A program made the translations under genes and the position numbers. Positions 45,151 to 55,800 of a stretch of 64,000 nt of DNA are shown one piece after another. Each line of letters starts with the position of its first letter. Position 1 is the first letter of the stretch. The stretch covers positions 16,884 to 80,883 of the forward strand of contig JAFLBM010000020.1 of assembly GCA_017303455.1 (NCBI GenBank). The letters run 5' to 3'. The DNA is from Chitinophagales bacterium. Its GTDB lineage: Bacteria; Bacteroidota; Bacteroidia; Chitinophagales; Chitinophagaceae. A model generated the notes under the pieces. It ran no database searches. It was given only the letters and a program-made list of their open reading frames with translations, and had not been told where the DNA came from.

Positions 45151-46194
45151 ATGACTTTTACTGCTGCTCAAATTGCCCTGCTCATCAATGGTACGATAGA
45201 AGGTAATCCTTCTGCATCCGTTAACTCCTTTGGAAAGATCGAGGAAGCCGGGGAAGGGCAGCTTAGTTTTCTCGCCAATCCTAAGTACGAGGATTATATC
45301 TATACCACGAAAGCTTCTGTGATCATCATCAATGAAGGTTTCCAGTTAAAACAACCAGTAAAAGCTGCATTGATACGGGTAGCTGATGCCTACACCGCTT
45401 TTGCCACCCTGCTCAGTAAATACCAGGAGATCATGCAACAGCAATTAAGCGGCGTGCAGGAACCCAGCTATATTGCCAAAACAGCCGTATATGGTCAGCA
45501 GGTATTTATCGGGGCTTTTGCTTATCTCGGCGAGAAAGTAAAAATCGGCAACAACACAAAAGTCTATCCCAATGCTTTTATCGGGGATAATGTTTCCGTC
45601 GGGGATAATTGTATCATTCATCCCGGCGTTAAAATTTATCATGATTGTGTGATCGGCAATAACGTTATTATCCATGCCGGCACGGTGATCGGCAGTGATG
45701 GGTTTGGATTTGCCCCGCAGGCCGATGGAAGTTTTAAAAAAGTACCGCAGATCGGGAATGTAGTGATACAGGATCATGTGGAAATTGGTGCCAATGCCAC
45801 CATCGACCGGGCCACAATAGGTTCCACATTAATTAAAAGCGGTGCCAAGCTGGACAACCTGATCCAGATTGCCCATAACGTGGAGATTGGTAACAGTACG
45901 GTAATAGCTGCACAAGCTGGTGTTAGTGGCAGCACCAAGATCGGGAATGGGGTAATGATCGGCGGACAAGCCGGTATTGTTGGCCATATACAATTAGGCG
46001 ATGGAGCAAAAGTGAATGCGCAAAGCGGTGTCAGCAAATCGATCGATCCCGGAAAAGCCGTTACCGGTTCCCCGGCCTATGATTATACCGCCGCCCTGCG
46101 CAGCCAGGCCGTTAGCCGCAAACTACCTGAACTGGAAAAAAGAGTAAAAGAATTAGAAGCACTGATCAGGCAATTGCTGGCTGAAAAGGTTTAA
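45151..46194 (+). CDS. lpxD: UDP-3-O-(3-hydroxyacyl)glucosamine N-acyltransferase
   Basis: 347 aa. N-terminal LpxD domain, then a long run of hexapeptide repeats and a C-terminal helix. Confidence 0.92.
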   Translation: MTFTAAQIALLINGTIEGNPSASVNSFGKIEEAGEGQLSFLANPKYEDYIYTTKASVIIINEGFQLKQPVKAALIRVADAYTAFATLLSKYQEIMQQQLSGVQEPSYIAKTAVYGQQVFIGAFAYLGEKVKIGNNTKVYPNAFIGDNVSVGDNCIIHPGVKIYHDCVIGNNVIIHAGTVIGSDGFGFAPQADGSFKKVPQIGNVVIQDHVEIGANATIDRATIGSTLIKSGAKLDNLIQIAHNVEIGNSTVIAAQAGVSGSTKIGNGVMIGGQAGIVGHIQLGDGAKVNAQSGVSKSIDPGKAVTGSPAYDYTAALRSQAVSRKLPELEKRVKELEALIRQLLAEKV

Positions 46195-46244
46195 ATAAAA
46201 AAGGAGCTTAACAAAGGCCCCTTTTTTACTAGTTAGTCGTTTTC

Positions 46245-46826
46245 TCACTGGCTCACTTCTTTTCCATTCCGGTCAATATAATACAAGCGGCTTCCTTTCA
46301 TCACTCTTGCCTGCCCATCGCTGAACCTGTCGGCAAACGTGAAACTGAAGCCGATCACCAGTCTTCCTTTCTGGTTGATATAGCCCCATAGTTCCTTTGC
46401 ATTGGATACCGGGGCCAGACCTTCACCAAAACTGCCTGCCATTTCATACTCAAAGGGGATCACTACATGATTATTACGATCAATATACCCAAAATGGCCG
46501 CCTTTTTTAACAGCAGCGAGGCTATCTCCAAAAGACATCGCTTCTTCATATTGGGGTTTAATCACCATCACACCTGTACTGTCCAGGTAGCCCCATAATT
46601 TACCTTCCCTGATGGCAGCCATTCCTTCACTAAAAGACATCGCTTCGTCATAAATCACCGGAACAATAAGTTTGCCTTTGTTATCAACATAGCCAAACTT
46701 ACCATCTTTACCCACTTTGGCAAGTCCACATACACAATCATCCACAAAATCGTATTGTTTGGCCCATGCTTGTCCAACCGCAACTGAACTTACCAGTAAC
46801 AAGATGGGAAGAAAAAATTTTTTCAT
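46245..46826 (-). CDS. WG-repeat (KWG) containing secreted protein
   Basis: Repeated units of the form FGYVDNKGKLIVPVIYDEAMSFSEG..., WGYLDSTG, FGYIDRNN and WGYINQKG. The start is trimmed to MKKFFLPILLL (ATG 46826; 46835 is also possible). Confidence 0.75.
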   Translation of the reverse strand: MKKFFLPILLLVSSVAVGQAWAKQYDFVDDCVCGLAKVGKDGKFGYVDNKGKLIVPVIYDEAMSFSEGMAAIREGKLWGYLDSTGVMVIKPQYEEAMSFGDSLAAVKKGGHFGYIDRNNHVVIPFEYEMAGSFGEGLAPVSNAKELWGYINQKGRLVIGFSFTFADRFSDGQARVMKGSRLYYIDRNGKEVSQ

Positions 46827-46990
46827 ATACTGCATTTTTTGAGATGAAATAATTTCCCTGTTAAGGTAATCCTGTGACCCCTCCGGCAAGAATGACCTTC
46901 AGCAGGTACAGGTATGATTAAAGGCAGAAAACCACAGGTGGAAAATTGAATAACAGCTACAGCAGCACCTGCCGACTACTTTCTAATTCC

Positions 46991-46998
46991 TATATTTG
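46991..46998 (+). promoter_or_regulatory. candidate -7 box (TATATTTG) for lpxC-fabZ, only 5 nt from the ATG
   Basis: Exact TAnnTTTG match at 46991-46998, with the ATG at 47004. This implies a leaderless or nearly leaderless mRNA if the box is used. Confidence 0.4.
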
Positions 46999-47003
46999 TC
47001 ATT

Positions 47004-48443
47004 ATGAATCCCCTCATAGAAAAAAAACCAGTTGCCGGTGAGAATACCGGTTTCAATCCTGATAAACAGCACACCTTAAAATCGGCGGTGAGTATTTCCG
47101 GTACCGGTTTACATACCGGTGTTATGGCCGACCTGACCCTCAAACCAGCCAGCCCCGGTTTTGGATTCCAGTTTCAACGCATTGACCTGCCCAATCAACC
47201 CGTGATCAAAGCAGATTGCGACCTGGTGACGGATGTAAGCCGCGGCACCACGCTGGAAGCAAATGGTGCTAAAATCAGTACTGTAGAACATGTACTGGCT
47301 GCCTTAGTGGGCATGGGCATTGATAACTGCCTGATGGAGATCAACGGGCCTGAAATGCCGATCATGGATGGCAGTTCACAACCTTTCGTGGAACTGATCG
47401 AAGAAGCCGGCATTTTAGAACAGGATGCGGCAAAGGTTTGGTACAGCATTGATGAAAATATCTATTACTACGACGAAGCCAAAAGAGTGGAAATGGTGGT
47501 GATGCCCGCAATGGAGTATAATGTTACTACGCTGATCGATTTCAACTCTCCCGTATTAGGTACGCAACATGCAGGATTAAAACACCTGAACGAGTTCAAA
47601 ACAGAAATAGCCCCCTGCCGTACTTTTTGTTTTTTACATGAGCTGGAGATGCTGCTGGATCATAACCTGATCAAAGGTGGTGATGTCAATAATGCGATCG
47701 TTATTGTTGACAAGCCGGTGGATGATACAGCTATGGAACGCTTACGGAAGATCTTTAAAAAAGACAAGATCGAGGTAAAAAGCGAAGGCTATCTCAATAA
47801 CCTGGTCTTGCGTTTCCCCAATGAACCGGCCAGGCATAAACTGCTGGATGTGGTAGGTGATCTCGCATTGATCGGTTATCCTATCAAAGGAAGGATCATT
47901 GCCAACCGCCCCGGCCACAGTACCAATGTAGAGTTTGCCAAAAAGATCAAGCAATATATCAAGAAGAATAAACACACCCGTGGTGTTCCGGTGTATGATC
48001 CAACGCTTCCTCCCGTATATGACCAGCAGTTCATTGAAAAAACATTGCCGCACCGTTTCCCGTTTGCGCTGGTAGATAAGATCATTGAACTGAGTGATAC
48101 GCATATAGTCGGTATCAAGAATGTAACCTTTAATGAATGGTTCTTCCAGGGCCATTTCCCGGGCAATCCTGTTATGCCCGGCGTATTACAAATTGAAGCC
48201 CTGGCACAATGCGGGGGTATTTTGGCCATTAATCTCAGCGGCGAGGGCAAGTATGATACTTATTTCCTGAAGATTGATAATTGCAAATTCAAACAAATGG
48301 TAAAGCCCGGCGATACGCTGATCCTGAAGATGGAATTATCAGCCCCGATCCGTCGTGGTATTTGTGAAATGAAGGGCACCACCTACGTGGGAAACAAAGT
48401 CTGCGCTGAAGCGGACCTGGTAGCCCAGATCGTTAAAAGATAA
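47004..48443 (+). CDS. lpxC-fabZ: bifunctional UDP-3-O-acyl-GlcNAc deacetylase / 3-hydroxyacyl-ACP dehydratase
   Basis: The N-terminal LpxC part has GTGLHTG, STVEHVLAAL and HKLLDVVGDL. The C-terminal FabZ part has LPHRFPFALVDKI and FFQGHFPGNPVMPGVL. This fusion is typical of Bacteroidota. Confidence 0.94.
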   Translation: MNPLIEKKPVAGENTGFNPDKQHTLKSAVSISGTGLHTGVMADLTLKPASPGFGFQFQRIDLPNQPVIKADCDLVTDVSRGTTLEANGAKISTVEHVLAALVGMGIDNCLMEINGPEMPIMDGSSQPFVELIEEAGILEQDAAKVWYSIDENIYYYDEAKRVEMVVMPAMEYNVTTLIDFNSPVLGTQHAGLKHLNEFKTEIAPCRTFCFLHELEMLLDHNLIKGGDVNNAIVIVDKPVDDTAMERLRKIFKKDKIEVKSEGYLNNLVLRFPNEPARHKLLDVVGDLALIGYPIKGRIIANRPGHSTNVEFAKKIKQYIKKNKHTRGVPVYDPTLPPVYDQQFIEKTLPHRFPFALVDKIIELSDTHIVGIKNVTFNEWFFQGHFPGNPVMPGVLQIEALAQCGGILAINLSGEGKYDTYFLKIDNCKFKQMVKPGDTLILKMELSAPIRRGICEMKGTTYVGNKVCAEADLVAQIVKR

Positions 48444-48485
48444 GTGGGATTTTACGATCCATTTTTACCCGCCGCAATAAAGCTG

Positions 48486-48515
48486 AAATGCCCGTTTACC
48501 GGGCATTTTCTTTTA
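48486..48515 (+). terminator. rho-independent terminator of lpxC-fabZ
   Basis: Stem AATGCCCG (48487-48494) pairs with CGGGCATT (48500-48507), followed by TTCTTTT. Confidence 0.85.
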
Positions 48516-48581
48516 TCCACAACACCCGAAAAATAGTGTAAAAAAGAGCTTATAAAACCCTGCTTCCCGGGTCTATTTCCG

Positions 48582-48589
48582 TAAATTTG
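48582..48589 (+). promoter_or_regulatory. candidate -7 box (TAAATTTG) for gyrB
   Basis: Exact TAnnTTTG match, 45 nt upstream of ATG 48635 and downstream of the lpxC-fabZ terminator. Confidence 0.45.
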
Positions 48590-48592
48590 TGA

Positions 48593-50614
<2,022 letters not shown>

Positions 50615-50637
50615 TAACCAAGCAAGTCATTTATAAA

Positions 50638-50678
50638 ACGCTTCATGAATTCTAAATACTGAAGCGTTTTTTTTAATT
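50638..50678 (+). terminator. rho-independent terminator of gyrB
   Basis: Stem AAACGCTTCA pairs with TGAAGCGTTT, followed by a T8 run that ends 5 nt before the methyltransferase ATG. Confidence 0.85.
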
Positions 50679-50682
50679 TTAA

Positions 50683-51672
50683 ATGAATACAGACCTTAAT
50701 ATGCTTACATCTTTAGAAATATGTGCAGGCGCAGGTGGGCAAGCCTTAGGACTTGAAATGGCCGGATTTAATCATACAGGACTTGTTGAGATTGATATTA
50801 ACGCCTGCGAAACTCTTGTTAAGAATAGACCTGAGTGGCATGTTATACAAGGCGACATTAAAAAATTCTCAGGTAAAAATTTTATAGGGGTTGATTTACT
50901 TGCTGGCGGCGTCCCATGTCCTCCTTTCTCAGTTGCTGGCAATCAACTAGGCCCTGCTGATGAAAGAGATCTATTCCCGGATGCTTTACGATTAGCAAAA
51001 GTGATAAGGCCTAAAGCTATCATGCTTGAAAATGTGAAAGGGCTTTTTAACCCTTCATTTAAAGGCTACAGAGATAATATTATTAAAGAACTTTCATCAT
51101 TAGGATATGTCGCCGAATGGAAACTATTAAATGCATCGGACTATGGTGTATCGCAACTTAGACCGAGAACCATTTTAGTAGCATTTCTAAAAAAACTAAA
51201 TCTAGAATTTTCGTGGCCTATTGAATTTGAAACTCCGGCTCCTACTGTTGGAAACTTATTGTATGATCTTATGGCCGCTAATGAATGGGAATTAGCTGAA
51301 TCATGGACATTAAAAGCTAATAAAATAGCTCCTACGATTGTAGGAGGATCAAAAAAACATGGTGGCCCTGACCTTGGCCCTACCCGAGCCAAAAAAGCCT
51401 GGGCAGAAATGGGTGTAGATGGAAATGGCATCGCCAATGATCCCCCTCAAAAATCCTTTATCGGATTACCAAAACTTACAGTAAGGATGGCGGCAAGAAT
51501 ACAAGGTTTCCCGGACGAATGGGTTATAACAGGAAAAAAAACAGCTGCATATCGGCAGGTTGGCAATGCCTTTCCACCACCCGTAGCCCTTGCTGTCGGG
51601 AGGCAAATTGCCAAAGCATTAATGCCAAAAACCAACTATGAAGAAAAACAAGAAGCTCTCAGTTATCAATGA
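50683..51672 (+). CDS. DNA (cytosine-5)-methyltransferase of a type II R-M system
   Basis: Motif I is LEICAGAGGQALG, motif IV is GGVPCPPFS, motif VI is ENVKGL, motif VIII is QLRPRTILV and motif X is VGNAFPPPVA. Confidence 0.92.
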   Translation: MNTDLNMLTSLEICAGAGGQALGLEMAGFNHTGLVEIDINACETLVKNRPEWHVIQGDIKKFSGKNFIGVDLLAGGVPCPPFSVAGNQLGPADERDLFPDALRLAKVIRPKAIMLENVKGLFNPSFKGYRDNIIKELSSLGYVAEWKLLNASDYGVSQLRPRTILVAFLKKLNLEFSWPIEFETPAPTVGNLLYDLMAANEWELAESWTLKANKIAPTIVGGSKKHGGPDLGPTRAKKAWAEMGVDGNGIANDPPQKSFIGLPKLTVRMAARIQGFPDEWVITGKKTAAYRQVGNAFPPPVALAVGRQIAKALMPKTNYEEKQEALSYQ

Positions 51673-52507
51673 GGCCAGGATTAATTTTCACAAATCTCTT
51701 TTGAAATCAGTTCTCACGATTGATAGCAAGGGAGTTCCAAGTAATGCTGATAAAGATCAGAAATCAAGTGTTTTGTATGCAAAAAGTATAGCAGAGCAAT
51801 TGAAAACTGAGGTTGGAGAGAGACTTGCCGGGCAGAGTTCGGGACATCAATTTGAACAAATTGTAGCATCTTTTATCCAAGAAACTTTTACACAACTTCA
51901 CCACCTTAGGCCAGGTAAATGGCAAATCTTCCAGGTAGGGAGCAGAAATAGGCTAAAAATCGCTGAATACAGTCAATACGAACACCTTATCTTATTACAA
52001 AACGCAACAAAGGATAAACCCGAATTAGCCGCATCATTGGGAAATGATTATACAATAACTCCAGATGTTATCATAGCAAGGGAAAGAGAAACCGACGAGT
52101 TTATTAATTCTGAAGCCTTGATCATTGATAATGACCTTGCCTTGTTATCAGACATAAGGCTCTCTAATGGTAAAAGCCCAATTCTTCATGCAAGTATATC
52201 AACAAAATGGACTTTAAGAAGTGATAGAGCTCAAAATGCAAGATCTGAAGCTTTGAACTTAATCAGGAACAGAAAGGGGAAACTTCCTCATGTAATAGTA
52301 GTAACAGGTGAGCCTACCCCAAGCAGGTTAGCCTCAATAGCTTTAGGAACAGGTGATATAGATTGTGTATATCATTTTGCCTTGAATGAACTTAAGACGG
52401 CAATTAAGGAATCTGGTAATGATGAAGCACTAAATATGCTTCAAATAATGATTGATGGTAAACGACTTAAGGATATCTCAGACTTACCTTTAGACTTGGC
52501 TATTTAG
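51638..52507 (+). CDS. type II restriction endonuclease, NgoMIV/Cfr10I-like (predicted CCGG-core specificity, e.g. GCCGGC)
   Basis: 289 aa, overlapping the methyltransferase gene by 35 nt. E73, D143 (TPD), S188-T-K190 and E204 are present, together with the R194-S-D-R197 block. The spacing is offset by +3 from the NgoMIV residues I remember (E70, D140, K187, E201, R191-S-D-R194). Confidence 0.8.
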   Translation: MKKNKKLSVINEARINFHKSLLKSVLTIDSKGVPSNADKDQKSSVLYAKSIAEQLKTEVGERLAGQSSGHQFEQIVASFIQETFTQLHHLRPGKWQIFQVGSRNRLKIAEYSQYEHLILLQNATKDKPELAASLGNDYTITPDVIIARERETDEFINSEALIIDNDLALLSDIRLSNGKSPILHASISTKWTLRSDRAQNARSEALNLIRNRKGKLPHVIVVTGEPTPSRLASIALGTGDIDCVYHFALNELKTAIKESGNDEALNMLQIMIDGKRLKDISDLPLDLAI

Positions 52508-52532
52508 CTCTAAATCATTAAAAGCAAGGTGC

Positions 52533-52560
52533 TTAGCTCCGAAATGTCGGAGCTTTTTTA
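52533..52560 (+). terminator. rho-independent terminator of the R-M cassette
   Basis: Stem AGCTCCGA (52535-52542) pairs with TCGGAGCT (52547-52554), followed by TTTTT. Confidence 0.85.
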
Positions 52561-52639
52561 TGCCTGTTTAAAAAAATTGCCCCCTGAAACCCTCCGGAAT
52601 CCGTAATTTCAGCCTTTACTAACTCAAAAACTATTGACC

Positions 52640-52843
52640 ATGTCTGATGTAAAAATCACCGCCTACAACGTAAAAACGAAAGAAAAGGGAGTTGAGATGC
52701 TGGATGCTGTTATCACCAAGACAGCCAAAGGCGCTTATATGGCCCAGGGCAATGACGGAAAAGGAAACAAACTCACCACCCTGATGGGCGAAGAAAAAGC
52801 ATTAGCGGCCATCAAAGCCGGTATCGCTAAACAAGGCTGGTAA
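52640..52843 (+). CDS. hypothetical small lysine-rich protein (67 aa)
   Basis: The track ORF starts at a TTG; ATG 52640 gives MSDVKITAYNVKTKEKGVEMLDAVITKTAKGAYMAQGNDGKGNKLTTLMGEEKALAAIKAGIAKQGW. It is followed by a terminator. I recognise no family. Confidence 0.55.
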   Translation: MSDVKITAYNVKTKEKGVEMLDAVITKTAKGAYMAQGNDGKGNKLTTLMGEEKALAAIKAGIAKQGW

Positions 52844-52868
52844 ACTGATTAAAAGCAACTTTCATATA

Positions 52869-52897
52869 CCGTCCCGTCAAACCGGGATGGTTTTTTT
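52869..52897 (+). terminator. rho-independent terminator of the small lysine-rich protein gene
   Basis: Stem CCGTCCCG pairs with CGGGATGG (one G-U pair), followed by T7. The T-tract runs into the stop codon of the convergent S8 peptidase gene. Confidence 0.75.
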
Positions 52898-55800
52898 ATT
52901 TTTTGACCAGCCTGAATGTTTGCTTCTTATCCCCGGTACCTGCTTCCAGCAGGTACAAACCGCTTGCATAAACAGAAGCCCCCATATTGATACTCATTTT
53001 CTGAATAAAGCCTGTTCCTGCCACGACTGACTGGTACACCGTTTTACCTGCCGCATCATATACTTTAATTGTCATCACTTCTCCTTCATTTACCTGGTAA
53101 ACGAGGTTGAAAACATCCGAAGATGGATTCGGGAAAACCTGCCAGGTGATCTCATTCGTAAAGACCACCGACCGCACCGCAGAATAACTGAAACTGCCAT
53201 CGTTGTCCACGATCTTTAACCGGTAGTAACGGACACCCAGCTTATTATTCTCTGCATCCATAAATCCATATTGCTGATCGATGGTTGAATTGCCGTTGCT
53301 GTTCACCTCCCCGATCTTCGCAAACCTGTTCAGCCGGAATTCATCATTGCCTTTGGCCAGCTCTATTTCAAAACGGCTGACATTAAACTCGGAAGCTGTT
53401 TTCCAGTTCAGCATTACATTTTTCCGGTCTGTCGTTTTACTGGCTGAAAAACTTATTAATTGAACCGGCAACGGGTGGTTATTATCAAAACCACCATTAT
53501 TCAGCCAGAACTCGGAAAAATCTTTCACTTTGAATTCAGCATAATAGCCCTGGTCGAACGGGACTTTTACAGCGTTAATTGCATTGATAAAACTCCAGTA
53601 GTTACCAAGGCTGTTACCGAGGCTTCCGTCTTCTACTGCATCATTCGGATCGCTGTATTTGGAAACTCCCAACTCATAGGCCATCGAAGGTTTGGTGCAA
53701 CTGCCGCAACCTGTTGCAGCGATAAGTGCTTCTGTTTCGCTGTCAAGGAAATAAAAACGTACCGTGGCAGAGTCGGCCAGGTTGACTAATGAAGGGTCTG
53801 GCTTGATGGTAATATTTCTGTTGTGGTAATATTGCCCGTCGCTTGTTCTTACTGCTCCGGTATGAATGTAAGCCTGCGCATAAGTGTCACCCATGTTCTG
53901 GTTGTTCGGATGAACAGAAGCAACCAGCTTACCTCCTGTTGTAAAATCAACCCAGTTATTGACTCCGCCGGGTATTGATTGCATCACCGGGGCGCCCATC
54001 GAAGGCCCGGTATAAATTCCATAGATATTATCATAGATATGTACATCGTCGATAGCGATGCCATCTTTTGTCACCCCCTCATCCGAATTAAATACAAATC
54101 TCAGTCGCAGCATACTGTTATTAACCGTGGGCAATGCTGTTGTAGCAACATGCCAGCGGGTATAATTTTGCTGACTCCACAACTGGTTGCCTGCATAAGC
54201 TTTATTATACCAATTGGTACCCTGCCCCATAGCACCCAATTTTGTCCAAACGGCTCCTCCGTCAGTCGAATATTCCACCCAGGCAGCATCACATAAGGTA
54301 ACGCCACAATCCTCAATATCAATAGCAATGCTCAGGCTGAGTGTTGGAGTAGTCATCCCGGAAAGATTAAAACATGGAGAGTAGAGATAGGAAAGCTCAG
54401 CATCATTATAATAACCTGTCATATTAGTTTTCCAGGCTTTAGTGCCGCTTGCTGCCCGTTTGATTTTTGCTGACATGGGTGTACCATACTCCCAGGAGCT
54501 TCTTGTACCACCTGTGTACCATGAACCATCCCCTGCTTCAAAGTTTTGCAGGTACGGGAATGTACTGATGAACGGCAGGTTATTGATGACTGTACGGGCA
54601 GTATCATTTTCCCGGTAATTATCGGTGACAAAATTTACCCAGGTTTCTATCAAATGATTACCAGTGGAAGACAGATTTGCTGTTGCTGTAAATGTATATT
54701 GCAAGGAAGAGCTGCCCGGAATAGCTGCAATCGTTTCTGTGGCAATGACCGTTCCATCCACCTTTAGTACAACCGGAATATTATTAACAGCTGTGTTCGA
54801 GGTGTTACGCACCGTAATCTTTACCGGAACCGTGGTATTCAGGCCGCAGGCAACTGTATAGGGTGTATCAATACTGATCAACTGAATATCATCAACAGCC
54901 CTGTATATTCTTATATCATCAAACGTATATCCCGCAGCTGATTCGTTATCAGCAGCTATATATTCCCCCCATTGGCCCCATCTTACCTGGAAGCTGGTTG
55001 AAAAAGATTGACTATGCGCTGCCAGCGAATCGCTTACTTCAATACTGCCTGCTAATTTATAAGAGCCATCGGCAGGATTCTGATTTGCAAAAAGATCATA
55101 TACTTCCACCCACGGATCTGTATCGCTGCCTCTTATCCAGACCTTATCAGCCGCATTGGCTTTCTGGCCATGGTTTTTGTACCTGAAATCAATTCTTATA
55201 TCATCGGTTGCCGTATTAAAAGTTGCCAGGTTGAACGTTGCTGTCAGTGAATCCACATTACCCCCGCTGATATACCTGTTCTGGTCAAGTGTAATGGCTT
55301 TTGATCCTGAATAAGCAATGCCTGTATTAATAAATGTTCTTGCCTGCCCATAAACCGTTCCATTTACAAAATCATACCTGTCTAACCCGTTAAAACCCAT
55401 CTGGCCTGTTGAAATGGTCTGTACAGTTGCTGACTCAAGGTTATCCAGCCAGGGAAGTTGCGGAGCATTGATCGGTTGATTATCTAATTGTTTAAAGACT
55501 TTGGTATAACTGTTATTGGTTACAACGGGATCAGAAGCTTTAGTGGCAATAACCTGTATAGAATAAATACCCACTGCTGACAGATCAGCAGTTGCTGCAA
55601 ATGTATAATCAATAGTACTTCCGGCAGCTATATCAGCAAGCGGAGATGTGATCGTTGCATTAACCGGTGCACCACCGTTGATCGAATAACTCACATCAAT
55701 ATTTCCTGAAGAAACTACATCATCAAGATTTTTGATACGAATAGTTACAGCAGTAGCAGAAGAAAGAGTAGTTGAAGTAAAAATTCTGCCGGAAGAAGCC

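Noticed and set aside
50638-52560. The R-M cassette as part of a larger mobile element or defence island.
   Set aside because: No integrase, transposase, tRNA target, flanking direct repeats or additional defence genes are visible. The flanks are gyrB and a small monocistronic gene.
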